Assembly: GCA_016708435.1 (NCBI GenBank)
Contig: JADJFV010000035.1
Span: forward strand, 64,001-128,000
Source of the DNA: Leptospiraceae bacterium
Lineage (GTDB): Bacteria; Spirochaetota; Leptospiria; Leptospirales; Leptospiraceae
Length of the DNA: 64,000 bases
Reading direction: 5' to 3'
In this document: piece by piece, positions 27,573-38,689 of the stretch
How the letters are laid out: every line of letters begins with the position of its first letter
Position numbering within the stretch: position 1 is the first letter of the stretch
Notes under the pieces: model-generated
Seen by the model: the letters and a program-made list of their open reading frames with translations, nothing else
What the model was told of the DNA's origin: nothing
Database searches by the model: none
Position numbers and translations under genes: made by a program

Positions 27573-28031
27573 ATGTCTTTACAAACTCAAATAAATGAAG
27601 ATTTGAAGTCTGCCCTCAAGTCTAAGGAAGAGCCAAAACTCTCTACCCTTCGCTTGTTAAAATCAGATATTCAATACGAATTGACTAAGACCGGTGTGTC
27701 TACATTAAACGACGATCAGGTCATTGCTTTGATTAGAGCGAACTCCAAGAAGCGTCGAGAGAGCGCAAGTGAATACAGAAAGGCAAATAGGGAAGACTTA
27801 GCAGTCAAGGAAGAAACGGAAGATGCAATTCTTGCTTCTTATCTCCCTGCTAATATGCCAGAAGCCGAACTGAGAGAAGTGATTCTTCGCGTCATAAAGG
27901 AATTAGCCCCTAAGAGTCCTGCTGAAGCTGGCAAAGTAATTGGCAAAGTCATGCAAGAAGTAAAAGGAAAAAACGCAGACGGCTCTCTTGTATCTAGCTT
28001 GGTTAAATCCTTGATGTCAGAGGCATCTTAA
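27573..28031 (+). CDS. GatB/YqeY domain-containing protein
   Basis: It has an NEDLKSALKSKEEPKLSTLRLLKSDIQ YqeY-type N-terminus. It sits in the rpsU-dnaG-rpoD context. Confidence 0.8.
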   Translation: MSLQTQINEDLKSALKSKEEPKLSTLRLLKSDIQYELTKTGVSTLNDDQVIALIRANSKKRRESASEYRKANREDLAVKEETEDAILASYLPANMPEAELREVILRVIKELAPKSPAEAGKVIGKVMQEVKGKNADGSLVSSLVKSLMSEAS

Positions 28032-28039
28032 CAGTCTCT

Positions 28040-29860
28040 GTGCAAATTAGCACCGATTTCGTTCCACGTGTAAAAAGAGAAGTCGGGCTAGAAGCTTATA
28101 TTTCTCGCTTTGTAAAACTCAAAAAGAATGGAAGGCGGCTACTTGGTCTTTGCCCCTTCCACAATGAAAAATCCCCTTCGTTTACCGTATCCCCCGACCT
28201 GGGAGTCTATCACTGCTTTGGTTGTGGAAAATCAGGTGATTTATTTCGATTCGTCATGGATTTTGAGCGAGTTGACTTTAATCGGGCAAAAGAAATTCTA
28301 TCTGAATATTCTGGGATTCCGATTAAGGATGGACATGGGGGTAATAATGAGTTTGCTGAAAAGAATGCTCTTTATGCTCTCAACCAAAAATTTCTAGATT
28401 ACTTCGTTAAGAATCTCAACTCCGAGGAAGGAAAGACGGCAAGGCAGTATCTAAAGACACGTGAGATATTAGAGCCGGAAATTTTACATTTTAAACTTGG
28501 CTTTAGTCTTCCCGGTTTTGACAATTGGAAGAAAATGTCTCTCTCCGAGGAAGAAGTTCGAAATGCAGTTAAACTAGGTCTACTAAAAGCAAGCGCTACG
28601 AACCGAAGTCATCTCTACGATTTCTATCGAGAAAGAATCATGTTTCCAATCTTTGAGCCAGGCGGTAAAGTCGCGGGCTTTGGTGGTAGAACGATTCAGA
28701 CAAGCGAAGAAGCAAAATACATCAACAGTCCTGCTTCTCTTATATATGACAAAGGGAAGATGTTCTATAATCTTTTTAATGCGCAAAATTCCATTCGTAA
28801 AACCAAGACTGCTTTTCTTGTGGAAGGCTATTTAGATGTAATTGGACTTTTCTCGAAAGAGTTTGATAATGTAATTGCTCCCCTTGGAACTTCTTTGACC
28901 GAGAAGCAGGTTCGCACTCTTAAAAATTATGCAGATAAAGTAACCATTCTATTTGATGGGGATGGAGCCGGGCGCAAAGCTGCCTTCCGAGCAACAGAAA
29001 TTTGCATCAAGGAAAATCTATCTGCGGATATTCTACTTCTGGAAAATGGCATCGATCCATTCGACCTTTCTAGGCAAAAGACCAGAGTGGAAATCCTTGC
29101 ACTTTTTAGTAAACCAATTCCTTCCTCTGACTTTGTAATCCAGGAGACCATGCAGAATACGACTCCTGCCTCTAAGCCGGAGCAAAAGAAGAAAGCAATT
29201 GAAAATCTATTTCAATTTATCAAGACTCTAGAAAAAGAAACAGATAAGCAATCTTATTTAGCCGAAGGTGCCAAGTATTTAGGTCTAAGCTTTGCGGCGA
29301 TTTTAAATGACTTCAAAAAAGAAGCAGTACCTAATTTTGAGCCTAAGAAAGACGATAATAGAAATAAGCCTGTAGCCAAACCAAATTCTACATCGCCTGC
29401 AATTAAATACGAAAGAAAACTGATTTCCATGCTAATTTTAAACGACTCCCTTTTACATCATATTAACGAGGTTTTAGACCAAGAATTCTTTGATTCTGAA
29501 AGTTCTATCCTACGTGACTTGATTTACAATCGTTTCTTGGGAAATGAAGAGATTAGCTATGAATCCATTTTAGATTCCGGTATTGATGATTCTACTATTA
29601 GCGCGATTACTCCGTTTATTATGGAGGAAGTCGAATTAAAAGAATTACCAGAAGAAGAAAAGGAACTCATTTTTAGAGAAGCATTTTTGCAACAGAGAAA
29701 GTTTGTTATTGATTCACAGATTAGTAAACTTTCCCTAAGTCAAAATTATTTAGAGAATTCGCAAACAGATTTAGAAAAGCTAATGGTTCTTAGAAAAGAA
29801 AAACAAACAATTCTAGAAACAATTGGATCGCTCAGTTTAGCCAAGAAAGAGGTAAATTAA
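28040..29860 (+). CDS. dnaG: DNA primase
   Basis: The CHC2 zinc finger is CPFHNEKSPSFTVSPDLGVYHCFGCGKSGD. The Toprim region has FLVEGYLDV and ILFDGDGAGRKAA. Confidence 0.9.
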   Translation: MQISTDFVPRVKREVGLEAYISRFVKLKKNGRRLLGLCPFHNEKSPSFTVSPDLGVYHCFGCGKSGDLFRFVMDFERVDFNRAKEILSEYSGIPIKDGHGGNNEFAEKNALYALNQKFLDYFVKNLNSEEGKTARQYLKTREILEPEILHFKLGFSLPGFDNWKKMSLSEEEVRNAVKLGLLKASATNRSHLYDFYRERIMFPIFEPGGKVAGFGGRTIQTSEEAKYINSPASLIYDKGKMFYNLFNAQNSIRKTKTAFLVEGYLDVIGLFSKEFDNVIAPLGTSLTEKQVRTLKNYADKVTILFDGDGAGRKAAFRATEICIKENLSADILLLENGIDPFDLSRQKTRVEILALFSKPIPSSDFVIQETMQNTTPASKPEQKKKAIENLFQFIKTLEKETDKQSYLAEGAKYLGLSFAAILNDFKKEAVPNFEPKKDDNRNKPVAKPNSTSPAIKYERKLISMLILNDSLLHHINEVLDQEFFDSESSILRDLIYNRFLGNEEISYESILDSGIDDSTISAITPFIMEEVELKELPEEEKELIFREAFLQQRKFVIDSQISKLSLSQNYLENSQTDLEKLMVLRKEKQTILETIGSLSLAKKEVN

Positions 29861-29863
29861 AAA

Positions 29864-31615
29864 ATGGAAAACTTACAAAGTCTCCCAGAAGTACAAAGAA
29901 TTATCGCGATTGGTAAAGCCAATAGCGAAGTATCCTACGATGAAATCAATGAGATACTTCCTGATAAAATTTTAAACTCCGAAAAAATCGACGATGTATT
30001 TACGCTCTTACATGAATTGGGGATAGAAGTAGTTGAGGAATACAGTAAGAAGTCGGTTGAGGCTCCTGTAATTCCACCCAAAGAGGAAAAGCCTACCAAA
30101 AAGAAAAAAGAAACCTCTTCTATTTCTGCTACTTCAGAAGATCCGATTCGTCTTTATCTAAAAGAAATTGGAAAAGTAAGTTTGATTTCGGGGGAAACAG
30201 AAGTTTTCCTCGCTAAGAGAATTGAGAAGGGCGAAAAGATCATTGAAGAAACAATTCTTTCTTCTAGCATTCTTCGGGCTAACTTCGCTAAGCTCATGCC
30301 TAAGATCAAAAGCAAAAAGATAAAAGTCTACGAATTAGTAAAGGTAGACAAGCTGTATGCGCTAAACCAAAACGAAGCAGACAAACTCGAAAAAGTTTTC
30401 TTCTCCAATATGGACATCATTCAAAATGAAGAAAAAGTTTATAACGAGTCCGTAAACCGAATTAAAAAATATTCTGAGAACAGTAAGAAATACAAAGAGC
30501 TTAGAGAAAAAATTGAAATCACTTCTTCTAAGATTGATAATGCCACTCGTATGATTGGTGTATCGCAAAGAGAAATTCAAAAGATTTCTCAGAAGATAAA
30601 ATCAATGGTATTTCGTATCAAAGAAATCGACAGACATTTTCTTAAAATCAAAGCTCGCTATGGTCATGATGTTAAGGAGATAAAGACGTTTAACCGCTTC
30701 ATCGAGAAAAACGAGAACATCGAAGAAATTGAAAAGATGATGGGTATCGACATCGACGAAGTAAGAGAAGTCATCAAAGACATTCGCAATAACGAACGTA
30801 AGCTCCGTCGTATGGAACAAGAAGCCGGTTCCTCCACTATAGAGATTAAAGAGTGGGGCGAAAAAATCATGAAAGGGGAAAGAGAAATTTCCCAGGCTAA
30901 GAAAGAATTAGTAAAAGCTAATTTACGTCTAGTAGTTTCTATTGCGAAACGTTATGCGAACCGTGGTATGCATTTCTTTGATTTAATTCAAGAAGGAAAT
31001 ATCGGTCTTATCAAAGCAGTCGATAAATTCGAATACAAAAAAGGTTATAAATTTTCTACCTATGCAACTTGGTGGATTCGTCAAGCGATTACCCGCGCGA
31101 TATCTGATCAAGCTAGAACGATACGTGTTCCTGTTCATATGATTGAGCAGGTAAACAAAGTTATCCGCGAGGCTCGTCTATTTGTGCAAGAATTTGGTCG
31201 TGACCCGACTAATGAAGAAATTGCAGAAAGACTGGGCTGGCCTGTTCAAAAAGTTAAGTCCGTTAAAAACGTAGGACGCGAACCTATCTCTTTAGAAATT
31301 CCTGTTGGCTCAGAAGAAGATTCTGAACTAGGAGATTTTATTGAAGATAAAGAAGTAGAGTCACCGCTTAATTCTGCTGCTGGAAGTATTTTAGCAGAGC
31401 AGATTCGTCAGGTCTTGCATACTCTTCCTGCTCGTGAGCAAAAGGTTATCCGTATGCGATTTGGGTTAGATGATGGTTATGCGCAAACTCTCGAAGAAGT
31501 AGGATATCAGTTTAAGGTGACAAGGGAGCGTATTCGTCAGATTGAAGCTAAAGCCTTAAGAAGACTTCGTCACCCGACTAGATCTAAGAAGTTGAAGGAT
31601 TATATTCTAGATTAA
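29864..31615 (+). CDS. rpoD: RNA polymerase sigma-70 factor RpoD
   Basis: Region 1.2 is [13 protein letters not shown]. Region 2 is [33 protein letters not shown]. Region 4 is [30 protein letters not shown]. Confidence 0.95.
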   Translation: MENLQSLPEVQRIIAIGKANSEVSYDEINEILPDKILNSEKIDDVFTLLHELGIEVVEEYSKKSVEAPVIPPKEEKPTKKKKETSSISATSEDPIRLYLKEIGKVSLISGETEVFLAKRIEKGEKIIEETILSSSILRANFAKLMPKIKSKKIKVYELVKVDKLYALNQNEADKLEKVFFSNMDIIQNEEKVYNESVNRIKKYSENSKKYKELREKIEITSSKIDNATRMIGVSQREIQKISQKIKSMVFRIKEIDRHFLKIKARYGHDVKEIKTFNRFIEKNENIEEIEKMMGIDIDEVREVIKDIRNNERKLRRMEQEAGSSTIEIKEWGEKIMKGEREISQAKKELVKANLRLVVSIAKRYANRGMHFFDLIQEGNIGLIKAVDKFEYKKGYKFSTYATWWIRQAITRAISDQARTIRVPVHMIEQVNKVIREARLFVQEFGRDPTNEEIAERLGWPVQKVKSVKNVGREPISLEIPVGSEEDSELGDFIEDKEVESPLNSAAGSILAEQIRQVLHTLPAREQKVIRMRFGLDDGYAQTLEEVGYQFKVTRERIRQIEAKALRRLRHPTRSKKLKDYILD

Positions 31616-31821
31616 AAAATAAGGGCTGAGTAAAAAAATGCAGGAGTCTATCTATTCGCGTTAAGCAATCAGATATTTTTTACCAGCCCCAAAATCAGAC
31701 ACACAATTTATCTAGTTAAATTATCGTCTGAGTTCAAAATTTACACTGAAACTTTTTTTATTAAAATTTGATAATATAGGATAAGAATATGTTAAATCTC
31801 TCTAGAAATTCTATAATAAGG

Positions 31822-31962
31822 TTGCCACAGAGTCACAGAGGCACAGAGAAAGGAGAGGATAGAGGATTTAATTTAACGAATAGGTTTTTAAAAAGTTTTT
31901 CTAACATTTCGAAAATTCTTAATGTATTTTCCCCCTCCGTGCCTCAGTGTCTCTGTGGCAAA
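31822..31962. repeat. CACAGAG TIR element copy D
   Basis: The left end is TTGCCACAGAGTCACAGAGGCACAGAG. The right end is CTCCGTGCCTCAGTGTCTCTGTGGCAA. Confidence 0.7.
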
Positions 31963-31965
31963 TCT

Positions 31966-32631
31966 ATGCTACGCTTTATCGGGCGGGTTTTTGTTTTACT
32001 ATTCATTCTATCACTGAGTGCGTGCTTTGAGTATGAAGAGACGATTAATTTTAAGAAAGGGTTTGCTGGATTTGTTGAGATTACATATACCGTGCCACTC
32101 AATAATAAATCAGACAATACTGTGATTAAGTTTCTTCCTATTTATGAAGATGACATTAACAAAAGAATCAACAAAGGCTTGTTTTCTAAAAATCTAAAGA
32201 TCAAAGATTACACTCTCAAATACTTAGAGAAGAATGAAAAAGAAATCAATCCTATGTTTCAAAAAAAAGCACGCGTGAATTATAAAATTGAATTTAACGA
32301 CTTAGCAGTGTTAGACGGAGTTCTACTCGGCTCTCTATTTGTCAAAAAACGATCTAACAATAGTATCAGCGTAAAGCGAGAATTCAAATCAGTTCTTAAA
32401 CCAATTGACCAAACATCCACTACAGGCGAAAAAAAGATTTTATCTGAATCTACTCGTTTACTCGGAGAAGGATTCATTGCCTTTAGAGTCAACTTTCCGT
32501 TAACCTCAGAATGTCGCTCTAGTAAGGGAGATGTGAGTCTAGGCTCAGTCTATTACAAAATCCCTCTTGTGGATACTGTCGATAAGCCGGGACCAAAGTC
32601 CTGGGATTATACGATTACGATGTTGTATTAA
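31966..32631 (+). CDS. Hypothetical lipoprotein
   Basis: The signal peptide is MLRFIGRVFVLLFILSLSAC. The start of the upstream ORF-track extension lies inside repeat D. Confidence 0.55.
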   Translation: MLRFIGRVFVLLFILSLSACFEYEETINFKKGFAGFVEITYTVPLNNKSDNTVIKFLPIYEDDINKRINKGLFSKNLKIKDYTLKYLEKNEKEINPMFQKKARVNYKIEFNDLAVLDGVLLGSLFVKKRSNNSISVKREFKSVLKPIDQTSTTGEKKILSESTRLLGEGFIAFRVNFPLTSECRSSKGDVSLGSVYYKIPLVDTVDKPGPKSWDYTITMLY

Positions 32632-32660
32632 GATGAATTCAATTCAGGGATTTTTGATTA

Positions 32661-32829
32661 CTGTCACCTCGAATAGCTTCACCATGAGAGGTCTATCTTG
32701 CTTACCCTCGCTGCGAAGTTATAAACGCCTTTGTATACTATCCTATCGTTTCATTGCCAGATAGATTTCTCACATCCAGCCATTTGCTTAGTAGCAAATA
32801 CAACCGCTAAGCGATGTTCGAAATGACTG
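32661..32829 (+). repeat. Palindromic MITE-like element copy 3
   Basis: The termini are CTGTCACCTCGAAT ... GTTCGAAATGACTG. The inner inverted pair is GAGAGGTCTATCT / AGATAGATTTCTCAC. Confidence 0.75.
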
Positions 32830-32909
32830 TGTAATTCCTTACCTTAAGGACAAAGAGCAATCATCTTCTTACCTCGATGACCCTGAAGGCAGAACATTTG
32901 TTTTTACCT

Positions 32910-33113
32910 TCACAAGAACTTTAACATGCTCACCATAAGTCCCGTGTTGACAAGCATGAGACCTGCGACCCAACGAACGGTGGATGATCGAAAAAAAATG
33001 CTCGCCAACTCTTTTGCCTTTGCTTCATCGAATTTAGCACTTTTCAGCCGCTCGTATATTTTTAAAGAATCCATTGTATGTTCCATACCATAGTTAGGTA
33101 AAAAGAAAAGCAT
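32910..33113 (-). CDS. Small hypothetical membrane protein (67 aa)
   Basis: Only the ORF is seen. It has a C-terminal hydrophobic segment. Low support. Confidence 0.3.
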   Translation of the reverse strand: MLFFLPNYGMEHTMDSLKIYERLKSAKFDEAKAKELASIFFRSSTVRWVAGLMLVNTGLMVSMLKFL

Positions 33114-33334
33114 TTTGTGGTTCTTTTATGACAAATATCAGTTTATTTTTATTTACTGTGTTTAAAAAGAAAGTTGCAATTAAAAATAAATATTGTCTTT
33201 CTTGGATTTAGTTTATTAGAGAATAGTAAAAAAACGACCGCTGTATAGCAAAGGCAAAACCTAGATTAAAAACAACATAATCGAGGACTGTTCATTTGTA
33301 TCCACGGTGGTAATCATTTAAAATAAGAGGTAAT

Positions 33335-34828
33335 ATGAATCCATTTATTCAATCAAAAGTTATGACAGCAGAAGATGTGGCAAATAGAATGCCATTACAA
33401 GGAACAATTGCAACGAGTGGTTTTACTCCTGCCGGTTACCCGAAAGTAATCCCTAAAGCCTATGCTGCAAGAATAGAAAAAGAGAAACTCGCCGGAAAGA
33501 ATCCTTGGTTTAATCTATACACTGGTGCTTCAACCGGAGATGAGCTTGACGGAGTTCTTGCACGCACTGGATGTATGAAGAAACGTTTACCGTTTCAATC
33601 CTCTGCTGATGTTCGTAATCGAATCAATGCAGGAGAAATTGATTTCGTAGATATGCACTTAAGTCATGTGGCACATTATATCCGCGATGGAATTTTAGAT
33701 CCAATTGATGTTGCAATCGTTGAAGCAGTAGATGTTTCCTCTGACGGTAGAATATGGTTAACCACATCTTCCGGGATGAGTAGAACTTACTTGCATCATG
33801 CAAATGAAATTTATATCGAATTAAATTCTCGTCCTCCATTGGAATTGAAAGGCTTCCATGACTTAACCGCTCCAGAGCAACCTCCTCATGGAAGGTCAGT
33901 TCCTATTAGCCGCGTTGATGATCGAATTGGTAGACCTTATGTTGTAGTCGATCCTGACCGCATAAAGGGAATTGTTCTCACTGATTTGGATGATTCTACT
34001 GGCGAATTTAAAGCTCCCGATCAAAACAGTGTATTAATTGCACAGCATATACTAGAATTTATTTTATTTGAGATTAAGAAAGATAGAATTCCAAAAGAAT
34101 ATCTTCCGTTTCAATCAGGTGTTGGAAATGTGGCTAATGCTGTATTATCCTGTATTGCAAAGGATAAAAGATTTCATGAAATTGAAATGTGGACAGAAGT
34201 ATTACAGGACTCCATCTTTGATGTTCTAGAAGTTGGTAAACTTCGTTGTGCTTCTACATCGGCACTTACCTTTTCGAAAGCAGGTCATGAAAAGTTCTTA
34301 CATGATATTAATGAGTTACGGTATAAGTTCATTATCCGCCCACAAGAAATTTCCAATCATCCAGCCCTTGTGAGAAGTCTTGGTATCATTGCGATGAATA
34401 CAGCGCTTGAAGCAGATATTTATGGAAACGTAAACTCTACTCACGTAGCGGGAACAGGAATGATGAATGGTATTGGGGGTAGTGGGGATTTTGCGCGAAA
34501 TGCTTACGTGTCTATCTTCATGGCACCGTCAGTTGCTAAAGGTGGAGCTATTTCTGCATTTGTTCCAATGGTTTCGCATGTGGATCATACAGAACATGAC
34601 ACACAGATCATCGTATCCGAGCAAGGACTTGCGGATATTCGTGGTTTGGCGCCAAGGAAGAGAGCTGAGGTTATCATCGAAAAATGTGTTCATCCTTCTT
34701 ACCGAGATGCAATGCGTGAATACACAAAGGAATCCTATGCTACTGCTAAAACAAAGCACACTCCTCACAATCTAAAGAAAGCTTTTGATTGGCATATCAA
34801 ACTTCTTGAAACGGGAAGTATGAAGTAA
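33335..34828 (+). CDS. Acetyl-CoA hydrolase/transferase family protein (succinyl-CoA:acetate/propionate CoA-transferase type)
   Basis: 497 aa, with family-wide similarity. GIGGSGDFARNAYVSIFMAPS is in the C-terminal domain. Confidence 0.8.
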   Translation: MNPFIQSKVMTAEDVANRMPLQGTIATSGFTPAGYPKVIPKAYAARIEKEKLAGKNPWFNLYTGASTGDELDGVLARTGCMKKRLPFQSSADVRNRINAGEIDFVDMHLSHVAHYIRDGILDPIDVAIVEAVDVSSDGRIWLTTSSGMSRTYLHHANEIYIELNSRPPLELKGFHDLTAPEQPPHGRSVPISRVDDRIGRPYVVVDPDRIKGIVLTDLDDSTGEFKAPDQNSVLIAQHILEFILFEIKKDRIPKEYLPFQSGVGNVANAVLSCIAKDKRFHEIEMWTEVLQDSIFDVLEVGKLRCASTSALTFSKAGHEKFLHDINELRYKFIIRPQEISNHPALVRSLGIIAMNTALEADIYGNVNSTHVAGTGMMNGIGGSGDFARNAYVSIFMAPSVAKGGAISAFVPMVSHVDHTEHDTQIIVSEQGLADIRGLAPRKRAEVIIEKCVHPSYRDAMREYTKESYATAKTKHTPHNLKKAFDWHIKLLETGSMK

Positions 34829-35090
34829 CCGATTTCTTTCCATTTTAACTAGGTGCTCTGAGTGAGTGCCTGGTTAAATGCCGGACAATTCGCAGTATTC
34901 GCCTATAGGTATATCTCCATGGAGAGTTACGCCGGACAAGAATTTGAATACTTTTCCAATTTTAGAATCTTAAGGAGGTCGATAGCCTGAATTTAAACTA
35001 CTAAAAAAAGAATTTGCTTGAAATTATTAGGATAACATTTACAATTCTCCGCATTAATGAAAATGAGTTTAGAGAGCAGGGAATAAAAAA

Positions 35091-37646
35091 ATGAAATGGA
35101 AATCCTTAGATAAAAACTTACTACTACTATTAATCATATCTTTGCTACCACTTTGTAAACAAGGAACCGCGAATACTAAAGAAGACAAAGAATCCTTATT
35201 CACAAATTTTGGCTTACTCTTTAATAGATCCAATCGACTTACTGTTTCAGGCTCTGCAGTCAAAGGAATTATTAAAAACGGAAAAGTGTCAATCAACACT
35301 TTAGGAAAGGATGGGACATGTAATTCTTCTCGGAATATTGTAACTGGAACTACAGATATAACCGGATTCTACTCAATTACTTATGACAAAACAGGTGGAA
35401 TGATTTGTGTTACCGTATCGGGGGAACAAAATACAACAATGTATGATGAGAAAACAGCAAAAGATTTATCTATTCCCTCTACTTCTAATTTTAAGTTAGT
35501 ATCCATTCTGCCTGAAAGTAAATTTTCTAGTAACACAAAAAAAAATACTCTCCTATCTCCCTTTTCAAAATTATTATCCAAAAGAATGGAATCCTTAATT
35601 AAACAGTCAGGAGAAGGAGGAGATGTATCCGCACTTTACAGAAAGGCAAGTAAAGAAGTAGTCATTCGATTTGGTTTAAGTTCTGGTCTTTCAACTGCTT
35701 CTCAAAAAAGCAAATCGACTTTAGAAATAAATCCAAGCATCTCTGATTCAGACTATCCAGAATTGGATGATTTGGCAATTGAGCTAGACAACCCAAATAG
35801 CCCTATCTCTGCCAAAGCTTTTTCTGTGCTAGCTGGTTTTTCCCAACTTGCAAATTCTTACAAAAAAGGAACAGATGTTGATATATCCGATATAGATGCA
35901 ATGATAGAAGCCTTTGCTTCTGATTTTGAAGATGGAGTTTTTGACGGGAAAAATAGTTCGGGAAACACAATTACAGTGGGGTCTGGCCAAAGGCAACTAA
36001 CGTTCTCTTCCACTCCGCTCACTACCATTTTACTACCTGCCATTTCCACTTATCTACAAGAGGGAGGAAAATTAAATGTAGGTGTACCAGGAACGCCAAC
36101 GTCTACCATCACGGTAACTCAATTTACAAATCAAACCCAATTTAATGATAATACTCCAATCCTATCTACGACAACTACTCCAACCAATACAACTCCTGTA
36201 ACGACCACACCGACGCAAAATACCATTCCACCAAAAGTCCTTTCGCTAACGCCTACAAATAATTCTACAAATGTTTTAATTGGAACTCCTATTACCATTG
36301 TCTTTGATAAGCCAATGGACATTACAACACTTACGATGATTTCTATGGATGGCACTTGCGCGGGCAATATCCAATTATCCACAAATAATTTTACAACTTG
36401 CATGGGTGGAACGGTTTCTCTCTCTGCTGATCAACTAACAGTGAGTATAACTCCTAAAACTTCCCCCTGTGTTGAATCTACTTATACTTTGCAGTTTAAA
36501 GTATCAACTGGTGTTAAGGATACTACGGGTAATCCGCTTACCTCTGAGTTTTTAAATACAACTACATTTCAAACGCAACAGGCATTTGTTAGAGTAGGCA
36601 TATCCGGCGGTTCAAATATTGTAAATGCATTGGCCGTATCTTGTAATACTTTGTTTGTAGGTGGAAATTTTACAACGGTTGGTAGTTCTACGCGAAATAA
36701 TATTGCTGCTATTAATTTAGCAACAGGTCTTGAGACTCCAATTAATATGGGGACGAATAACACTGTTAATGCATTGCTCGTAAACGCAGGAATTGTTTAT
36801 TTGGGTGGAATATTTACAAATGCAGGTGGTCAAGGTCGAAACAATGTTGCGGCTATCGATCCACTTACGGGAACGGCTACTCCCTGGAATCCGAATGGGA
36901 GTGGTCAAGTAATGTCTTTAGTTTATAACGGAGCAACGGTTTATGCAGGAGGAGCATTTACTACGATAGGGGGACAGGCTCGAAATCGAATTGCTGAATT
37001 AGACCTTGCTAACGGTAATGCAACTGCTTGGAATCCTAATGCTAGCCTTGGAACAATCAATGCGATAGCGTATGATGCAACTAACGTTTACCTTGGTGGA
37101 AATTTTACATCGGCAAATATTGGCGGGCAAACCTATACTCATCTCGCTGCTGTATCTCGAACTACCGGAGCAGGAGTTGCAGGCTGGTGTCCAACAACGA
37201 CTACTTTTCCTGTAAGCGCATTGGTATTAACTGGTGGAGTTCTATTTGCAGGGGGAACTTTTGGTGGAAATCTTTGCTCACTCACTATCTATAATTTTGG
37301 TGGACTTAATCCAGCAAATGCGGCTAGTAGTGGTTATCCGTCAGGAGGAGGGACAGGGGCAGGTGCTGGGGTCAATGCACTTGCAGTGAGTGGGAATAAT
37401 TTATATGTAGGTGGAGCCTTCAATGGGGCTGGTGCCTTTTTTAATCAGGTTAGAAATTATTTGGGATCGACTACTACTGCTGGGGTTCTTAATTCTTGGG
37501 ATCCGAATGCGAACAATACTGTGAACGCAATCACAACCGTAGGCTCAGCCGTAATTATAGGAGGGACTTTTACTACGATTAATGGAGGCACGGCTGTGAA
37601 TAGACTTACAATCGTTGATGCAAATACTGGACTCATTAGACCTTAG
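35091..37646 (+). CDS. Large lipoprotein paralog with the same N-terminal module and Thr/Pro linker as 15718-18129, but C-terminal Ig-like plus ~55-aa beta-propeller-type (delta-60-like) repeats
   Basis: The lipobox is LPLC. The repeats are LFVGGNFTTVGSSTRNNIAAINLATG, VYLGGIFTNAGGQGRNNVAAIDPLTG, VYAGGAFTTIGGQARNRIAELDLANG, and so on. Confidence 0.7.
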   Translation: MKWKSLDKNLLLLLIISLLPLCKQGTANTKEDKESLFTNFGLLFNRSNRLTVSGSAVKGIIKNGKVSINTLGKDGTCNSSRNIVTGTTDITGFYSITYDKTGGMICVTVSGEQNTTMYDEKTAKDLSIPSTSNFKLVSILPESKFSSNTKKNTLLSPFSKLLSKRMESLIKQSGEGGDVSALYRKASKEVVIRFGLSSGLSTASQKSKSTLEINPSISDSDYPELDDLAIELDNPNSPISAKAFSVLAGFSQLANSYKKGTDVDISDIDAMIEAFASDFEDGVFDGKNSSGNTITVGSGQRQLTFSSTPLTTILLPAISTYLQEGGKLNVGVPGTPTSTITVTQFTNQTQFNDNTPILSTTTTPTNTTPVTTTPTQNTIPPKVLSLTPTNNSTNVLIGTPITIVFDKPMDITTLTMISMDGTCAGNIQLSTNNFTTCMGGTVSLSADQLTVSITPKTSPCVESTYTLQFKVSTGVKDTTGNPLTSEFLNTTTFQTQQAFVRVGISGGSNIVNALAVSCNTLFVGGNFTTVGSSTRNNIAAINLATGLETPINMGTNNTVNALLVNAGIVYLGGIFTNAGGQGRNNVAAIDPLTGTATPWNPNGSGQVMSLVYNGATVYAGGAFTTIGGQARNRIAELDLANGNATAWNPNASLGTINAIAYDATNVYLGGNFTSANIGGQTYTHLAAVSRTTGAGVAGWCPTTTTFPVSALVLTGGVLFAGGTFGGNLCSLTIYNFGGLNPANAASSGYPSGGGTGAGAGVNALAVSGNNLYVGGAFNGAGAFFNQVRNYLGSTTTAGVLNSWDPNANNTVNAITTVGSAVIIGGTFTTINGGTAVNRLTIVDANTGLIRP

Positions 37647-37752
37647 ACAAAATCTAGAAATGCTCTAGAGATTGCTAAAAAACTTTTCTTTTTTAGTTTG
37701 AAATTTCTCTATTAGTCAGCAAAGTGTAATCTAATTATCTAAGGAGTCTATC

Positions 37753-38376
37753 TTGAATCAAAAAAGTTTTTCTAAATTTCTAATACTATTACTCGTGAGT
37801 CTTCTCATGAACTGCGGCTACAATCGCATACAGGAACTCGATGAAGAGGTTAATGCAAATATGGCGGAGATATTAAATCAATACAAACGTCGCGCTGATT
37901 TAATCCCAGGACTTGTAAAAATTGTAGAAGGCTATGCAAGTCATGAAAAAGAAGTGTTAGTTGAAATCACAAAGGCACGTAGTAGTGTAGGTGGCTTACA
38001 AGCGACACCAGAACTAGTAAACAATCCAGAAGCATTTAAGAATTTTCAAAACGCACAGAACTCTCTTGGCTCTGCTTTACAACGTCTTCTTGTGGTAACA
38101 GAGCGTTATCCTGATCTCAAAGCTAACGAAGGCTTTCGAGATTTACAAGCGCAATTAGAAGGAACAGAAAACAGAATCGCAGTAGCCAGAGGACGTTATA
38201 TAAAAGCTGTTCAGGAATACAATGTCACCATTCGTCAATTTCCAACAGTGTTAACTGCTAAAATGTTTGGGTATGGAACTAAGACTTCTTTTACAACTGA
38301 GAATGAAGCGGATATTAAGAATTTGCCGTCTGATATTTCTAAACCACCTGAAATGGATTTCGGGAAGAAGAAATAA
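37753..38376 (+). CDS. LemA family protein
   Basis: It has an N-terminal TM/lipobox segment. The hallmark is NQYKRRADLIPGLVKIVEGYASHEKEVL...LLVVTERYPDLKAN. Confidence 0.85.
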   Translation: MNQKSFSKFLILLLVSLLMNCGYNRIQELDEEVNANMAEILNQYKRRADLIPGLVKIVEGYASHEKEVLVEITKARSSVGGLQATPELVNNPEAFKNFQNAQNSLGSALQRLLVVTERYPDLKANEGFRDLQAQLEGTENRIAVARGRYIKAVQEYNVTIRQFPTVLTAKMFGYGTKTSFTTENEADIKNLPSDISKPPEMDFGKKK

Positions 38377-38378
38377 GA

Positions 38379-38588
38379 TTTGCCACCGAGGTACGGATTC
38401 GATAAACTCACCGCAGGCGCCGACACAGAGGGAATTTTAATTCTATTCATGTACATCGTGTGAAAGAGAGTCATAGAAAATATGATTCAAATGAAGTATT
38501 GTAACAGAATCACAACTAACCTTAATTACGAAAACAAATAGAGTTTTTTAAAAAGAACTCTATTTCTCTCTCTTTGTCTCTGTGGCAA
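38379..38588. repeat. CACAGAG TIR element copy E (left end degenerate)
   Basis: The left end is TTTGCCACCGAGGTACGG...GCCGACACAGAGGG. The right end is CTCTCTTTGTCTCTGTGGCAA. Confidence 0.55.
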
Positions 38589-38689
38589 TTAGCTATGTTG
38601 TGTAGTTACAATTGTGTAAAAAATTATTCTTGCTAGTATTCAGTCTCTTTGCATCCTGTTTGTCATCCTTTTTAATTTAGTGAGTCAAA

